Positions 26,108-40,071 of a stretch of 64,000 bases of DNA are shown here, piece after piece. The translations under genes and the position numbers were made by a program. Numbering within the stretch: the stretch's first letter is position 1; every line of letters starts with the position of its first letter. The stretch is from Octopus vulgaris (taxonomy: Eukaryota), in NCBI GenBank assembly GCA_951406725.2, contig OX597816.1:144274001-144338000 (forward strand). The letters are read 5' to 3'. A model generated the notes under the pieces. It was not told where the DNA came from. It saw nothing but the letters and a program-made list of their open reading frames with translations, and did no database searches.

Positions 26108-26770
26108 CAGCCAGCCAGCCAGACAGACAGATAGATAAATAGACAGACAGATAGATAAATAGACAGACAGACAGATAGATAGATAGATAGGTAGATAGAT
26201 AGATAGATAGAAAGAGTAGGCAAAAATGAATGTGAGAAGTATATGAGAAGGAAGAGCAAGCGAGTGTTAGAAAATAACATTTACAGTACGGATGATAAAA
26301 GAAGCCTTGATTGGGAGACGCGAGGAAGACAAGACCAGGAGAAAAAAAAAAGGGAGGGGGAAAGAAATGATAATGATACGATGTGATTAGGAGAAAACCC
26401 CCATAGTGTTCAGCCCTCGCTGTCTTCCCCCATCCCCATTAAGGTGCACCTCACAGTAGGAAACATTATCTTACATCCACCAACGTCTACCCCCACCCGT
26501 TGACTGTTGTGAGACATCTCAAGTTTCCAGGTTTCTTAAGAATTACTACAGTTGGCCTTCTATAAACTCTTAACTACTGATATCTTAAAACTGAGCAGCA
26601 GCAACATCATCAACGTCTACAACTGCAGCTGCAGCAACAGATACAGTTTCAATAGCAACAACAGTGTTCTAGTAGTTTTCTCATATTCACACGGCACAAT
26701 ATGGAAGGATCAGTTTTAACATGGTTTCCGTTAGAAATATCAATGACTTTCTCTTTAATCCCTCACTCAC

Positions 26771-26845
26771 CATGCATCTTAAAAATGAAATGGTCACATT
26801 TTTAAAAGGACCAAAGTGGAAATACTTTTCCGTATGCCTACTCAT
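26771..26845 (-). CDS. Weak candidate alternative first exon MSRHTEKYFHFGPFKNVTISFLRCM
   Basis: Strong donor ATG|gtgagt in phase 0 with 25 open codons, but it abuts a decayed dispersed repeat. Confidence 0.18.
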
Positions 26846-28394
26846 GTAGGACGGACCTGGTTTTACAATGCAAGTAACAACTAAATTCACCCCGAACTAT
26901 ATCATCACTAGACCTGCTGTAAGTAGCAGCCAAATCCATCTCAAAACACACACTACTGTTGTAAACTGGAATGGCATGCAAGACAAGTTTTATACAAAAC
27001 ATACAAACATGGCTGCAGGGCTGATGCTGGGATATTCAGGGTCCTAAGACCAGACCCAAGACCAGTCCTACAATGTGCGCCTCCTCTCCCAGCCCGTCAA
27101 TGACCTCTTCTTCTTCCAGATGAACATTCATTTTGTGCCTTCTAACAACTAATTCTACAAATTCCTCTGCCTAGCACCCCCTTTACACCAGCTGAATGCA
27201 GGTGAAAGATAATTGTCTTGTGCAAAATAAATATAGTATTATATTATCAGGCACATAGCGGAATGGATGAATCGGGTAAAATTTGAAATGCTCCACGCGA
27301 TTTCGTGTATTTAGTTGATTAAGAAATTTTGTTCAAGTTGTACAGATTGTGAGCAGTAACCCTAGATTTTAGCGCTTTAGGCGGTTGCCTAGTTTGCTTA
27401 ATGCATAACACCAACGCTATCATAGACCTGTTTGGTCAGCGCACAACAACTATTAACGAAAAGTTAGTATTTTGCTGTATTCAGTTGGTACAATATTTTG
27501 AAAAGTGCACTGGACTAGTTTATTTATGATTTATAATTTGATGCCCCACTTTTTAAAACTGAAATCCTCCCAAATTTCTGGCCTTGTGTTCATTCTAGAT
27601 ATTGACGTAGCTAGTTACGTCTATTTCTACACTCTTAGTTGAAATGCCGGTGAAATTCACCGCACATGTCATTCTTCAGGAATAGGTGTCAATAAAATAA
27701 GTACTAGTAAAGTACACGAATCTATATTATCAACTCAGTTCTCCTCCCTAAAATGAGAGCCTGTAGTTATATTTGAAAACCTTACTGTTGTATCATAAAA
27801 AGTAGAATGTCAAATAGAATCCCTTTTCTATATTTAGTTACGCCTAGTTGCGTTCTGAATTTAAATCCCACCAGAGTTGACTGTGCCTTTATTCCCCCCG
27901 TCCTGGGTCGATAAAATAAGAGTTAGTCAGGTACCAGAATAGATTAGATTAACTACACTTCTTCAGCAAATTGTGGCATTGTGCCAAAGCTAGAAATTAT
28001 TATTATTATTATTATTATTGTCTACTGACACATTCAGATATGACTAAAATTTGCTCCGTGATTCCAGCATTTCGAGTGTAACTGAAGGAATTAATTTTCA
28101 GTTTGGATTTTATTTTACTTAGAGACTTTTATTGAACATTTTGGAGGTTTACTTAGTATTGGAGTAAGATAACAAAACCCGTTTATAAATTTTCTATTAA
28201 ATAATTCCATTTTTCTTTCATTGCATAACTTTTAGGTGAATAATGGTTTCATATTACAGGGGAACCAACCCCGGAAGAAATTATACTTAACAGAGCAAAA
28301 CATTCCCCAAATAGGGGCATAACAGACATGTTAAACAACAACACATAGTCAAACGAAAGAGTGGTGAACACTAATCATATCCCATGCACTAATC

Positions 28395-29090
28395 CTAACC
28401 AATAGTTTGAAAGTGTACTTTTAAATAAGAAAGCCTAGACATTTTGCTGAAAGGATTAAAGCCCGAAGGCATTTTATTCATAAGACAGATGCTAGCCTGT
28501 AAAAATCTATCAGAAATCACAAGGGCTTTCCTTGTCCTGTCCAGGTGAAAACTGGAGGCTGCTCTCGCAGCCATTTTGAATGATTTTTTCAACATTTGGA
28601 GAGTGGGATGTATGGTACCATATGCGTCATCATTATAACAGAATGTAGGGCTGAAACGCAAGCCCAAATAGTATGGAACATGATTGTCTCAGCGTATAGT
28701 TGTGCATTATCAGCCAAGGCATGCCCACCCCTCCGCACAGTGAATGTTGCTAGCAATTGGGATACTCGACCAATGGAACTCGATACGTTTTGCTTATATC
28801 CACATTGACACATTGGCACGATTGGATTTCCCGAATGTGCCAATGTAGTAACGAACAAGCCATATCGAGTTCCATTGGCCAGGGGCTCCAATTACTACAA
28901 ATACTCGCTGCGTGGAAAGCAGGCACGCCGTAGCTGATGATGTGCAACCATGAACTGTGACTGGACATCTCCAGCAATTCTTTGACAGTGAGCAGGTATG
29001 GTTGCCATTTATCAGTCGCGTTTTTCCACTGCTTGTCTCTGACAGAAAAAGATCTACAGTTCTGGTGCAATGATTTTAATGTCTGGCGAT
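28395..29090 (-). mobile_element. Very decayed LINE ORF2 C-terminal region (tentative)
   Basis: GC-balanced block with overlapping broken ORFs; AQLYAETI...LQMLKK..MAARAAS resembles the post-RT LY...L..IQ..AAR segment. Confidence 0.35.
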
Positions 29091-30045
29091 CTGATAATTG
29101 GATTATTATTATTATTATTATAATTATTATTGTATCCTACTAAGATAATATTTTTTTAATTGTTGTTTCGAAGATGTGTTCAAAAGCATGAACTTAACAG
29201 CAAAAAGCCGGCCAGGGAGAAAATTGTGAGGTGATAGCTGTTACTCAAGGTTTTCTCTTCAATTAGAAACGACCATCCCAGTTTGAGAAGAGTAGAAGCA
29301 CGAAAAGTTTGCCGAACAACAACACAGCAAGCAGCAGCAACAACAGCAATAACATAACATGTAAAGCCAGCACCACCACCACCATAAACAAAAACACAAT
29401 AACACCAACCGGAACAAAAGCATCTGTCAAAAAGTCTACCCCCCCCCCAAACCAAAAAAAAAAAAACCAAAAAAAAACCAAAACAAAAATCAAAACCCAC
29501 AAAAAGCAAAGAAAAGGTGCAGCATGTCCAACATCGCCGCCACCCCCTTGATCGCGAGCGACCAGTTTTCCCCAGCACAGAAATATCGCCACTCCCACCA
29601 CTTTAGCGGCAATGGCAGTAGTAAACAACTACACCACCTGCACCAGCTCCATAATACGTAAACCAGCTCTCATAGTAGAAAACAACACCACCAAATTTGG
29701 ACAAAAGATATGCTCCTATACGATAGGTGAATGCAGCCAAATCGCTTCCCAAAACGAAAGCATTAACAACAATGGTCTCCTTGGTCTTTCCTGTTCCATA
29801 CATCGCATACAAAGGTCTTGTGAAAGACAGAGAAATCAAAGAATAAACCAAGACTTTGAAAAATATGATAGTTCGAGCGGTTCCTTTACAACAATACAAT
29901 ATCCACAACGCATTTGCAGTATTAGTACTAACAGTTAGATTTGGGATATTTGAGTGAACTACAGAAGAAATCCATTCTATTGATAATAAAACCTACAAAA
30001 TTATGACATCATTCGGAAGCTTCCACAGAAATAATGACGTTGACT

Positions 30046-30090
<45 letters not shown>

Positions 30091-30221
30091 AGAAAATGAT
30101 AGAGAAAGGGCTTAAATTAGCCCACACTGTTACATTCACCAGATGTTCGAGAGTGAAGAGAAGAGTAAACTCCTTAGGAAGCACATAATTCCAGAACTGG
30201 TCCACGCAACCTTACAATTAC

Positions 30222-30326
30222 CTTCATCAACAAAGACCTGAAGCATTTCCTTTGGAAACTTGAGAATGATGTCAATATGTAGGGTAAGTCAAGCGCCTCT
30301 TGAATTCGTGATACATCACAAGTCAT
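30222..30326 (-). CDS. Candidate alternative first coding exon MTCDVSRIQEALDLPYILTSFSSFQRKCFRSLLMK
   Basis: Context gaaATG, 35 open codons, donor AAG|gtaatt in phase 0; lies in unique sequence. Confidence 0.33.
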
Positions 30327-31710
30327 TTCGAGGGTTATATTTTTGCTTTCCAAGAGCCAGGGTTATCAAATACATACTGAGCAAAACAAGAGATAGTACA
30401 TCTCTCAACCATATCGCTGAAAGCCATTGAAAATATCAAATTATGTCATATATCTGCTGAATATTTCGCACGGTATCAGCTGCTGTCCAAATTGCCATCT
30501 AGATAATATCTTCACATGCAGTATGATGTTACTAAAATAATATACGGTGATATCCGTCGAAAAAACTGTCCTGGGATTATTATTAAAGAAAACATTCAAG
30601 ACGTAGAGTACATGCATACTTTTCCAGTAAAACTCAGTTAATGCAAACACAGTACGCCTGATATAGTTGCTTGAGACAGAAAATAAAAAAAGAAAAAAGT
30701 TGTTACGGACATCGGTCTCTCAGAGTGGAATGAGAATATATTTTTCAAAATCAGTAGGAACACCTGCTTCGAAATCTACAACTTCTCTACTCAGATTTAT
30801 ATTTCTCATTCATATCTACAACTCCTGGCACAATGTCTTTTTCATTAAGTGTATATGTAATAAAACCTGTTGCTTTTACATGTTAACACTTCCATCTGCG
30901 TAGTACATATTGTCCACAAAATTTCAGTTAGCTAATGTCATTGGAGTTATCACATTTGCTTATTGCTTTTAGATTTTAGCCACCCCTACAGAGTTTTTGT
31001 TCGGGTTTCCTGCCAAAGAAAGAGAACACGCACGCACGTGCACGTGGAATACGTACACACACACATACACACACACATATATAGAGGGAGACTATCACAG
31101 GAAAATAAAGAGAGACAGATTTGTTCTATCGATAGTTAGTACCATGTTTGGCTAGGTAGACAAAATGTTTTTGTTATTCTAAGTTAAATGTAGTAAACAA
31201 CAAACAGCAGAATAACAAATGTATAAATATCTATGACATTTATATCACATAATAAAATGATTAGGAAGAGAGTCACTGGTAATTTTTGTACGATCTGTAG
31301 TCGTCAGGTAGTTGACAACTAATTACGAACGATTTGTTTTGAGCGAGTGTGTGATTATGCGCATCCGAGTTGTATGTGCATCACCTTTCACTTTCTATCA
31401 CATTCTCTTCCTTCCTTCCCTCTCCTCATCTCTCTCTCATTTCTCTTAAGCATGTCTCCCCATGTATTAAAATAATTTTTTGCTCTTTTGACTGTCAGCT
31501 GTTTCGGCTGCGCATGTGCACAAGCAAACTGACGTTATTTTTGCAATTTCCTGCAATACACATGTGTATATATGATGCCTGCAGACTTGCGTGCGCACGC
31601 TTGTAATAGGGGCATGAGTTTCTTCAGGAAATTGCAAAAATAACGTCAGTTTGCTTGTGTATATATGTATATACACGGTATCCGCTTAGATAATCTATCC
31701 CTATCAACTC

Positions 31711-31778
<68 letters not shown>

Positions 31779-32455
31779 TTAGATGTTTCGACCAGAGATT
31801 AGTCCAGGCCATGTCTAACTTAATAGCACCACACAAACACACGGTATCCGCTTAGTTAATCAATCCCTCTAAACTCATTATATATATATATACACACTTT
31901 AATGTTCCGTTAAGATGAGCTCAACAAAAAAGTGCTCCATCTAGTGAGAGATAAATGTCATTTAATATACACAGTATAAAGAGGAAAGCTACTAATAGTT
32001 CTTTTGCCATGAAGACATGTGACTAGGCAGGTTTTTATAACGTGCCTTGTGTCTCCATCTCCAAGCAATCTCCGGGCTCTGAACACATAGTCTATTCTAT
32101 TTGAAAATCAGTACGCTTGTAAATGGGAAACCACGAGGAAAAGAAACGAGAAGATTGATGCAAAAGTGGGAGGATGAATAAAAACGGGAAAAGAAAAGAA
32201 TGGATATTAAAGTTACGTACTCTTAATTAAACTAGTTGTCGAATTATTCAACGGAGAGAGGTCCAAAGTCTACGAGACAGCTATTCAATTCGGAGAAGGT
32301 GGTGTCCTCCAGTTCACTAAAAGAAATTTGTCCTTATACTTGCACTTGCTGAAAATATCGGATCTGAAATTAAGTAGCATGGTGGAATTCTCGGATCTAA
32401 AAAGAATGTGCGGTCCGGTTGGGAACATTTATTCTTCGTGGCTTGGAAATAGCGT

Positions 32456-32555
<100 letters not shown>

Positions 32556-33777
32556 ATGTATGTATGTATGTATGTATGTATGTATGTATGTATATAAATC
32601 TCTGTTGTTTCACCAGAAGTGATAAAATATCCGACTCCATACATACGTAGAGTATTCTTTAATACATTGTAACTGAATGGCTCCGATAACCAGTACTCAG
32701 AATTACTCCTTTCCGATCATTAGCTGACAAACCGAACCTGGTCTTCTTTGGAAATATTCAGTTTGAATATCTTTTAAAATATGGAACGAAAGTTTGAAGA
32801 AAATTCGGATATTTGTGGTTTATGCCACTGTTTACAATTATCTGTAAAAAAATATTTTTTATGTATCATATAGATGTAATTTTTGAAGCTGAATCCCAAT
32901 TTGTTATTCATTTATTCCAGAAAAATTTTGCAAAAATGTTACAGGTGTTCAAAGTTTGATAATTTTCAGAATTTTCAGCCAATCAGAAAACAGTGTGTTC
33001 GCTGCCTCTTCTGTCATCAGGGGGTAGGGTGGGGGCATAAGCATGTCAAAATATTAAACTAAAATTGTTGAGTGTGAGTTCTATCTGTTATGAAAACAAA
33101 CAATTATAAAATAAGTGGTGGTTACACTCCTTGTGCACATGCGTAACATCTTTGGTTACTATGGAAGCAGAGTTCATCCCAATCAGCTTCTTTGCTTTGG
33201 TTGCTATAGAAACAGATTTCTTCGCCACGGTGATGTCTAAAATACTCGCTTCCGATAGACTAAACCCCACAAATTTTGCAAATTTTAAAGGTTAAAAACT
33301 TTTTAATTATGGAATTAAAGGGAAAATGAATTTCATTTTCATAACTGGTATATAAAACTTAATCCATATGCCAAATTTGAAGACAATTGGAACAAAATTG
33401 TAAACAGTGATGAAAACCACAAAGATCCGAAAACTCTTATGTTCTGTTTGAAAACTTTTGTGAACGAAGTGCGAAAACGACTGCTTCATCCTCATGCTTT
33501 TGATTTTCTTTCCTGGTTCTCGTAGTAATATTATTATAAACATCGTAAACTCCATTTCAAGCGAAGCGATGAAATTGCTTTGCTGTTTAAGAAATGTTCC
33601 AAAATATTACTTTGAAATAATACTTTCAATTCATGTTTTTTTACAAACAATGTGAGTGTTCATTTTGCACTCGTCCGTGCAGACGCATACATATACAGAT
33701 ATGCACATTCATACACACACATATTCACAGAATTATATATTCACAATTACATATACACATATGCATATATATATATA

Positions 33778-34003
33778 ATTTCTTTACTGCCCATAAGGGG
33801 CTACACACAGAGGGGACAAACAAGAACAAACAAACGGATTAAGGCGATTATATCGACCCCAGTGCGTAACTGGTACTTATTTAATCGATCCCGAAAGGAT
33901 GAAAGGCAAAGTCGACCTCGGCGGAATTTGAACTCAAAACGTAGCGGCAGACGAAATACTGCTAAGCATTCCGCCTGGCGTGCTAACGTTTTTGCCAGAT
34001 CGC
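33778..34003 (-). mobile_element. SINE family A (tail type 1)
   Basis: Near-complete match to 20151-20377. Confidence 0.92.
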
Positions 34004-34182
34004 CCAGAACGAAGTTCAATGTTTTCAAACGAAAAGATGAGCATTTTCTTCACATTTTCATTTCATATTTCAGAAAAGTATTCAGACAGCAGATATTTCA
34101 AAAGAAAACCCGGCTTGGTTTACCAGCTGATGATCGGAAACAAGTAACTCTGAGTACTGGAAATCGGAGCCTTTCAGTTATA

Positions 34183-34221
<39 letters not shown>

Positions 34222-34310
34222 AACCAAACGCTATCATTAAGATGACATGATAGTGCTTGTAAGCTACTTGTCTACCTACTTACCTACCTAACTAGCGACC
34301 TACTTGCTTA

Positions 34311-34386
<76 letters not shown>

Positions 34387-34482
34387 TCTATCTACCTGTC
34401 TATATCTATCTATGCATGCATACATGTATGTATGTATGTATGTATGTATGTATGTATGTATGTATGTATGTATGTATGTATG

Positions 34483-34513
<31 letters not shown>

Positions 34514-34515
34514 AT

Positions 34516-34932
34516 ACGTATTGACAATGACGAAGCCACCTTGAGCATGATCCTATGAACCCAGAAATTGAAAACAGAGAGTTGCTTATTTGCAAAAAAA
34601 AAAAAAAAAAAAAAGAAATATAACATGTGACTCCATTGACCGAGGTTACCGTGGTCTTTTCCGTAGGCTTTTCTTTCCACGGGTAAACCTCACCTGTCCT
34701 CCCCTTTACACTTCATATTGACATTTCTGTGATAACGATCCCTATTGATCAATTTTTTTTCCTCTCCCCTTTTTTTTTAACCCCCCTTTTTTTGTCCTCT
34801 TTCTCTCCTTTTACGATCCCTTTTGATCGAAACTCCCCCTTCCTTTTTTTTTCTTCTTTAACCCTTCAAAAGAAAAGCTCTACCTTGTAATTTGTTCTAT
34901 CTGTGTGCAGCCCTGTGTGGCTAATAAAGAAA
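34516..34932 (+). mobile_element. Second Tx1/L1-type 3' fragment in (TATC)n
   Basis: Reads NDEATLSMIL*; UTR homologous to 18506-19002; flanked by TATC/TC arrays. Confidence 0.7.
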
Positions 34933-34972
34933 CATATCTATCTCTCTATCTCTCTATCTCTCTATCTCTCTA

Positions 34973-35052
<80 letters not shown>

Positions 35053-35971
35053 ACATAGTAAAAGTAAACTTTCACACAAATGTAAGTTATTGCCGAAAAC
35101 ATTAAGCACAATCTAATGTAGGCATAACTATTCACACGTACTATATACACACATATTCATACATACACATACGAGTGTAAGTGCGCGAACGCGCGTGTTG
35201 GTATGAATGTGTACGTACATGCATGTACGATTACTGAGAGCCACAGAGATGAATTATAATCGCTGGGGAGTAGGTTTATTCAGGTATTCAGAAGGGAAAC
35301 ATGGGAAGTGACTTGATGAGAAACATAGATGTGATGAACTAAAATAGTTGTATTATCATTTGCGAGATAGGGAGAAATATCACGTCTTAAGAGGCATCTC
35401 TTCATGAGTTCTACATAATCTAATATATTATCCTTGATATCTTGAGGAGTTAGAAGTTTGCTTGGAAGCCACTTTATTTGTTGTCTCTCACATTGGTAAA
35501 TAACCTAGATATTTTGATGTTTTATAACGTAACATTCCAAAGTGATAATTATAGTAGCGTTATTAGAGACAGAAAAGACAGTTTTATGTAATGCTGCTAG
35601 TTTGTCTGTGCATCATTGGAAGCTTGTGTACATTTGTGAAACAATGTGTGTGCGTGTGTGTGTATGTGTGTGTGAAGTCACATTGTCTACTGTTTAAGAT
35701 TTTTGGCTTACGATCAAAATATCGTGGGTTCAAACCCTGGACTGGGTGGTGCGTTGTATCCTTGAGCAGAGCGCTTCATTTCAAGTTGTTCCAGTCAACT
35801 CAGCTGTAAATAAATACCAGCAGAATGCTATTGCAGCTGTGCGACTGGATCAAAGAGTGAGAGAACCGAAAAGTAGTCTAAGACTGTTCACTACTACAGG
35901 CACCCTCAAAATATTGGCAAAAGCATGGTACATGTTACCAAGTCATTCTCATTCGTGAGTGATGGCTAGTT

Positions 35972-36011
<40 letters not shown>

Positions 36012-36361
36012 AAGTTTAGGTTAGTTAAAATATGTTTGTAACAAATTTCAACTGCAGTTACTGTAGAGAAAATTTTTCTCTTATGGTAAAAAAGTGTATA
36101 AACACTATATCTGTTCAGTGTTGCCACCCACCAGGTTTTCACAGATAAGCATTGCTGTACGACAAAAGAATCTTGGAGAAAACAAGAGAAAGAAAGAAGA
36201 AGAAGAAGAAGAAGAAGAAGAAGAAGAAGAAGAAGAAGAAGAAGAAGAAGCAAAAGAAGAAGAAGAAGAAGAAGAAGAAGAAGAAGAAGAAGAGATAGAG
36301 GTATGTATGTATGTATGTATGTATGTATGTATGTATGTATGTATTATGTATGTGTGTATGT

Positions 36362-36439
<78 letters not shown>

Positions 36440-37400
36440 ATTCTAACACTTCATCTGTCACTATACTAAGTTTGTTGTTGCTTTCATACTATCACGTTCG
36501 TGAAGCAGATTAAATGTCGTGTACGTAAGTATATACATACATAGATACATACTCACGCACAAACGCAGATATATATACGTACATACGCACAAACGCAGGT
36601 ATACATACATACATATATGTGTGTGTATGTGTGTGTGTGTGTATCGAGAACTGGTTTTTGTTGAAACATAATTGAAAACACGATCATACCCCATTTAAAC
36701 TTCCAGGAGAAATGAACAGTCTTAAAACCTTGGATTATTTCTAACAGGTCGTGTGACTGCTGTATAGTGACTCCATTTTTAAGTCATATACTTTTATTAT
36801 TGCTTACTTGTGTTTGTATAAGTTTATTTTCTTTTTTATCCAGGAAAGAATAAAGTTTAATCATCCATTGCTGATACTGTAGCATCAATCCAAAAAGAAA
36901 TGGAAGATAGGATCGATCTTTCGAAAGGAAGGAATCAAATTATTGATATACATTTAGTAAGGCAGAGGAGAAATACAGCGTTAGAAGTGCCGGACTGAAT
37001 GGTTTATAGTATTTAGTTTTTTTTTTTTCTCATTTCTGAGATAAAATTCCATCTGTGTCAACTCAGCTAATTCTAACCATCGATAAAATAAATCTCAATA
37101 TTGCAATGATGTAATTTCTGAAATTTCTATCAAAAATATTGTCTTCTTTTTTCCACAATAATTTAAGTGGTTTAAAGACATTAATATTATTTTCTGGCAT
37201 GAATTTAAATTATTATTAAGTTATTGAGAATGTTAAAAGTTGGAGTTTATTACCTACTGAAAATATGCTTTACTGCGTTAGATAGAAATTTAGACATTTT
37301 ATTATTGAAGTTTTCACAGATAAGCATTGCTGTACGACAAAAGAATCTTGGAGAAAACAAGAGAAAGAAAGAAGAAGAAGAAGAAGAAGAAGAAGAAGAA

Positions 37401-37431
<31 letters not shown>

Positions 37432-37456
37432 AAGAAGAAGAAGAAGAAGAAGAAGA

Positions 37457-37492
<36 letters not shown>

Positions 37493-38774
37493 AGTGCGAT
37501 AGAAGGAATATTGGGGCTCGTTGCTATTGGATTTTGGTAACATGTAAAGACAACGATATTGGAAACTGTGCATAATTATCACGAAAACTAAAAACAAAAT
37601 TGGCATTGTCTGTGATATGATCCTTAATTGAGTCACCGCTGAGAGGCACCAGCAATCATATTCATGAAGGCAACCCCTCAGGTCAATCAAGAACTTATTG
37701 AAAGTTATGCTAGTCTTTACTGACGCAAACAATAATTACATTGGTAACAACAGAATATTTCACTTCAGATAATCGTATTATCCCTTAGAAAATTGACAAC
37801 AACCATAACTATCTCAGTTCCTGGATAATTCCTAAATATATCAGCGAAAATCATATATTCGGCTGATATCCATTTCAGATAATATTGTCTTGTTTCAATC
37901 TTTGATGTTACAATTCAGGATTAATAAATCCTTTCAGTTATTACAGCATTTAAAGATAAGTTAAATATTATAATCACTAATTTGAGGCAGAAAAGGAAAC
38001 AAGCAAAGTGTTGTTATGATTTAGCCACAGGTAAATATTACTTACGTAGCCCTATAATCAAAAACATCCCAACCATGATTACAACTTTTTAGTGGTATCT
38101 AAGACCTCATAACCTAATACGCATTTTCTTTTTTAAAGCGATATGGACTGACGAGGAAGCTTTGACTGTTATTTCTTGCAGATCAAGCGAACACGTAGAA
38201 ACCTCGGACCGCGAGGCTCAAGTGGGGCTTGAGCGAAACTCGCGCTCTCGCCCACGTACACGTGGACGTAAGCGCTATCGATGCCGTCAGTCGCCGGGAT
38301 AGGCGGCTATGTATCTGCAAATAACTTTCCCAACTTCCTATTCTCCAACAATTCAGCAAGTTTAAGTGGGCTATTACGCCTAGAAAACATAAAAGCGCCT
38401 CCAGTGTCCATTATTTAATATTGTCGGGCAAATCATTACATTAACGTATCGTAAGCAATAATCTTGTCTTTAGCAAATTAGCTGATGCAGATATATATTA
38501 TTTACCAGTTTGGTAAGTATTTAATGGTGACCTTGTCACTAAAACATCAGAATTAACTGCTATCCACGACACATGAACTTAGCCTTATTTACAAATGAAT
38601 TTTATCAAGAGGTTTGTATGTTTCGGTTACAGACGCAAAACGTGACACATTAACTGGCCCTAACGATTTTGGGTTACGGATAAAAATGAGATACCTTACA
38701 AAGATACTTGGATGTGTCTAATGTGCACGGCGGTTGAAACACATCAAAAATATGCTATACATTCATACAAACCA

Positions 38775-39722
38775 ACCTACCTACCAATCTGCCTACCTAC
38801 CTACCTACCTACCTACCTACCTACCTACCTACCTACCTACCTACCTACCTACCTACCTACCTACCTACCTACCTACCCACCCACCTACCTACCTACCTAC
38901 CTACCTACCTACCTACCTACCTACCTACCTACCTACCTACCCACCCACCCACCTACCTACCTACTTACCTACCTACCTACCTACCTACCTACCCACCCAC
39001 CTACCTACCTACCTACTTACCTACCTACCTACCTACCTACCTACCTACCTACCTACCTACCTACCTACCTACCTACCTACCTACCTACCTACCTACCTAC
39101 CTACCTACCTACCTACCTACCTACCTACCTACCTACCTACCTACCTACCTACCTACCTACCCACCTACCTACCTACCTACTTACCTACCTACCTACCTAC
39201 CTACCTACCTACCTACCCACCTACCTACCTACCTACCTACCTACCTACTTACCTACCTACCTACCTACCTACCTACCTACCTACTTACCTACCTACCTAC
39301 CTACCTACCTACCTACCTACCTACCTACCCACCCACCTACCTACCTACCTACTTACCTACCTACCTACCTACTACCTACCTACCTACCTACCTACCTACC
39401 TACCTACCTACCTACTTACTTACCTACCTACCTACCTACCTACCTACCTACCTACCTACCTACCTACCTACCACTCCTACCTACCTACCTACCTACCCAC
39501 CACCTACCTACCTACCTACCTACCTACCTACCTACCTACCCTACCTACCCACCCACTCCTACCTACCTACCTACTACCTACCTACCTACCTACCCACCCA
39601 CCCCACCTACCTACCTACCTACCTACCTACCTACCTACCTACCTACCTACCTCCTACCTACCCACCCACCTACCTACCTACCTACCTACCTACCTACCTA
39701 CCTACCTACCTACCTACCTACA
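38775..39722 (+). repeat. About 950 bp (CCTA)n/(TAGG)n microsatellite
   Basis: Read directly; includes CCCA and CTTA variant units. Confidence 0.97.
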
Positions 39723-40071
39723 TACATACATACATGCATACAAACATCATAAATTTAGATATATTAGAAACGTGTGTGTCTATTTTAGCCACTACGAATA
39801 TCAACACTTGTTTAACTTATCTAACAACTTAATTACCGCATGTATAAAGAAGTTAAGACTTCTTAAACAAGGAAATCTACAAGTAAGTGGGAAATGTGTC
39901 AAACAGCACTCAACCTAAGTCCAAACCCGATTTCCTTGGAAGATTTGAACTCAGAAGTAGGATAGAGCAATGTATTTAGCCCGGATCTCTGGCATTTCAG
40001 TCGTGTGTTGAAGTCAAACATTAGGTTCTGATATTTCAAAGAGGATAGAAACATAATAATAATAATAACTA

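Noticed and set aside
29180-29940. Overlapping ORFs on both strands as a host exon
   Set aside because: No consistent frame or splice sites; the A/C-skewed low-complexity sequence is more like a decayed LINE ORF1, which I also cannot confirm.
33652-34245. 197-aa ORF
   Set aside because: Antisense read-through of a SINE A copy and microsatellites; the same peptide recurs at other SINE copies.
38712-39918. 346-aa and 394-aa ORFs (PTYL repeats)
   Set aside because: Translations of the stop-free (CCTA)n microsatellite.
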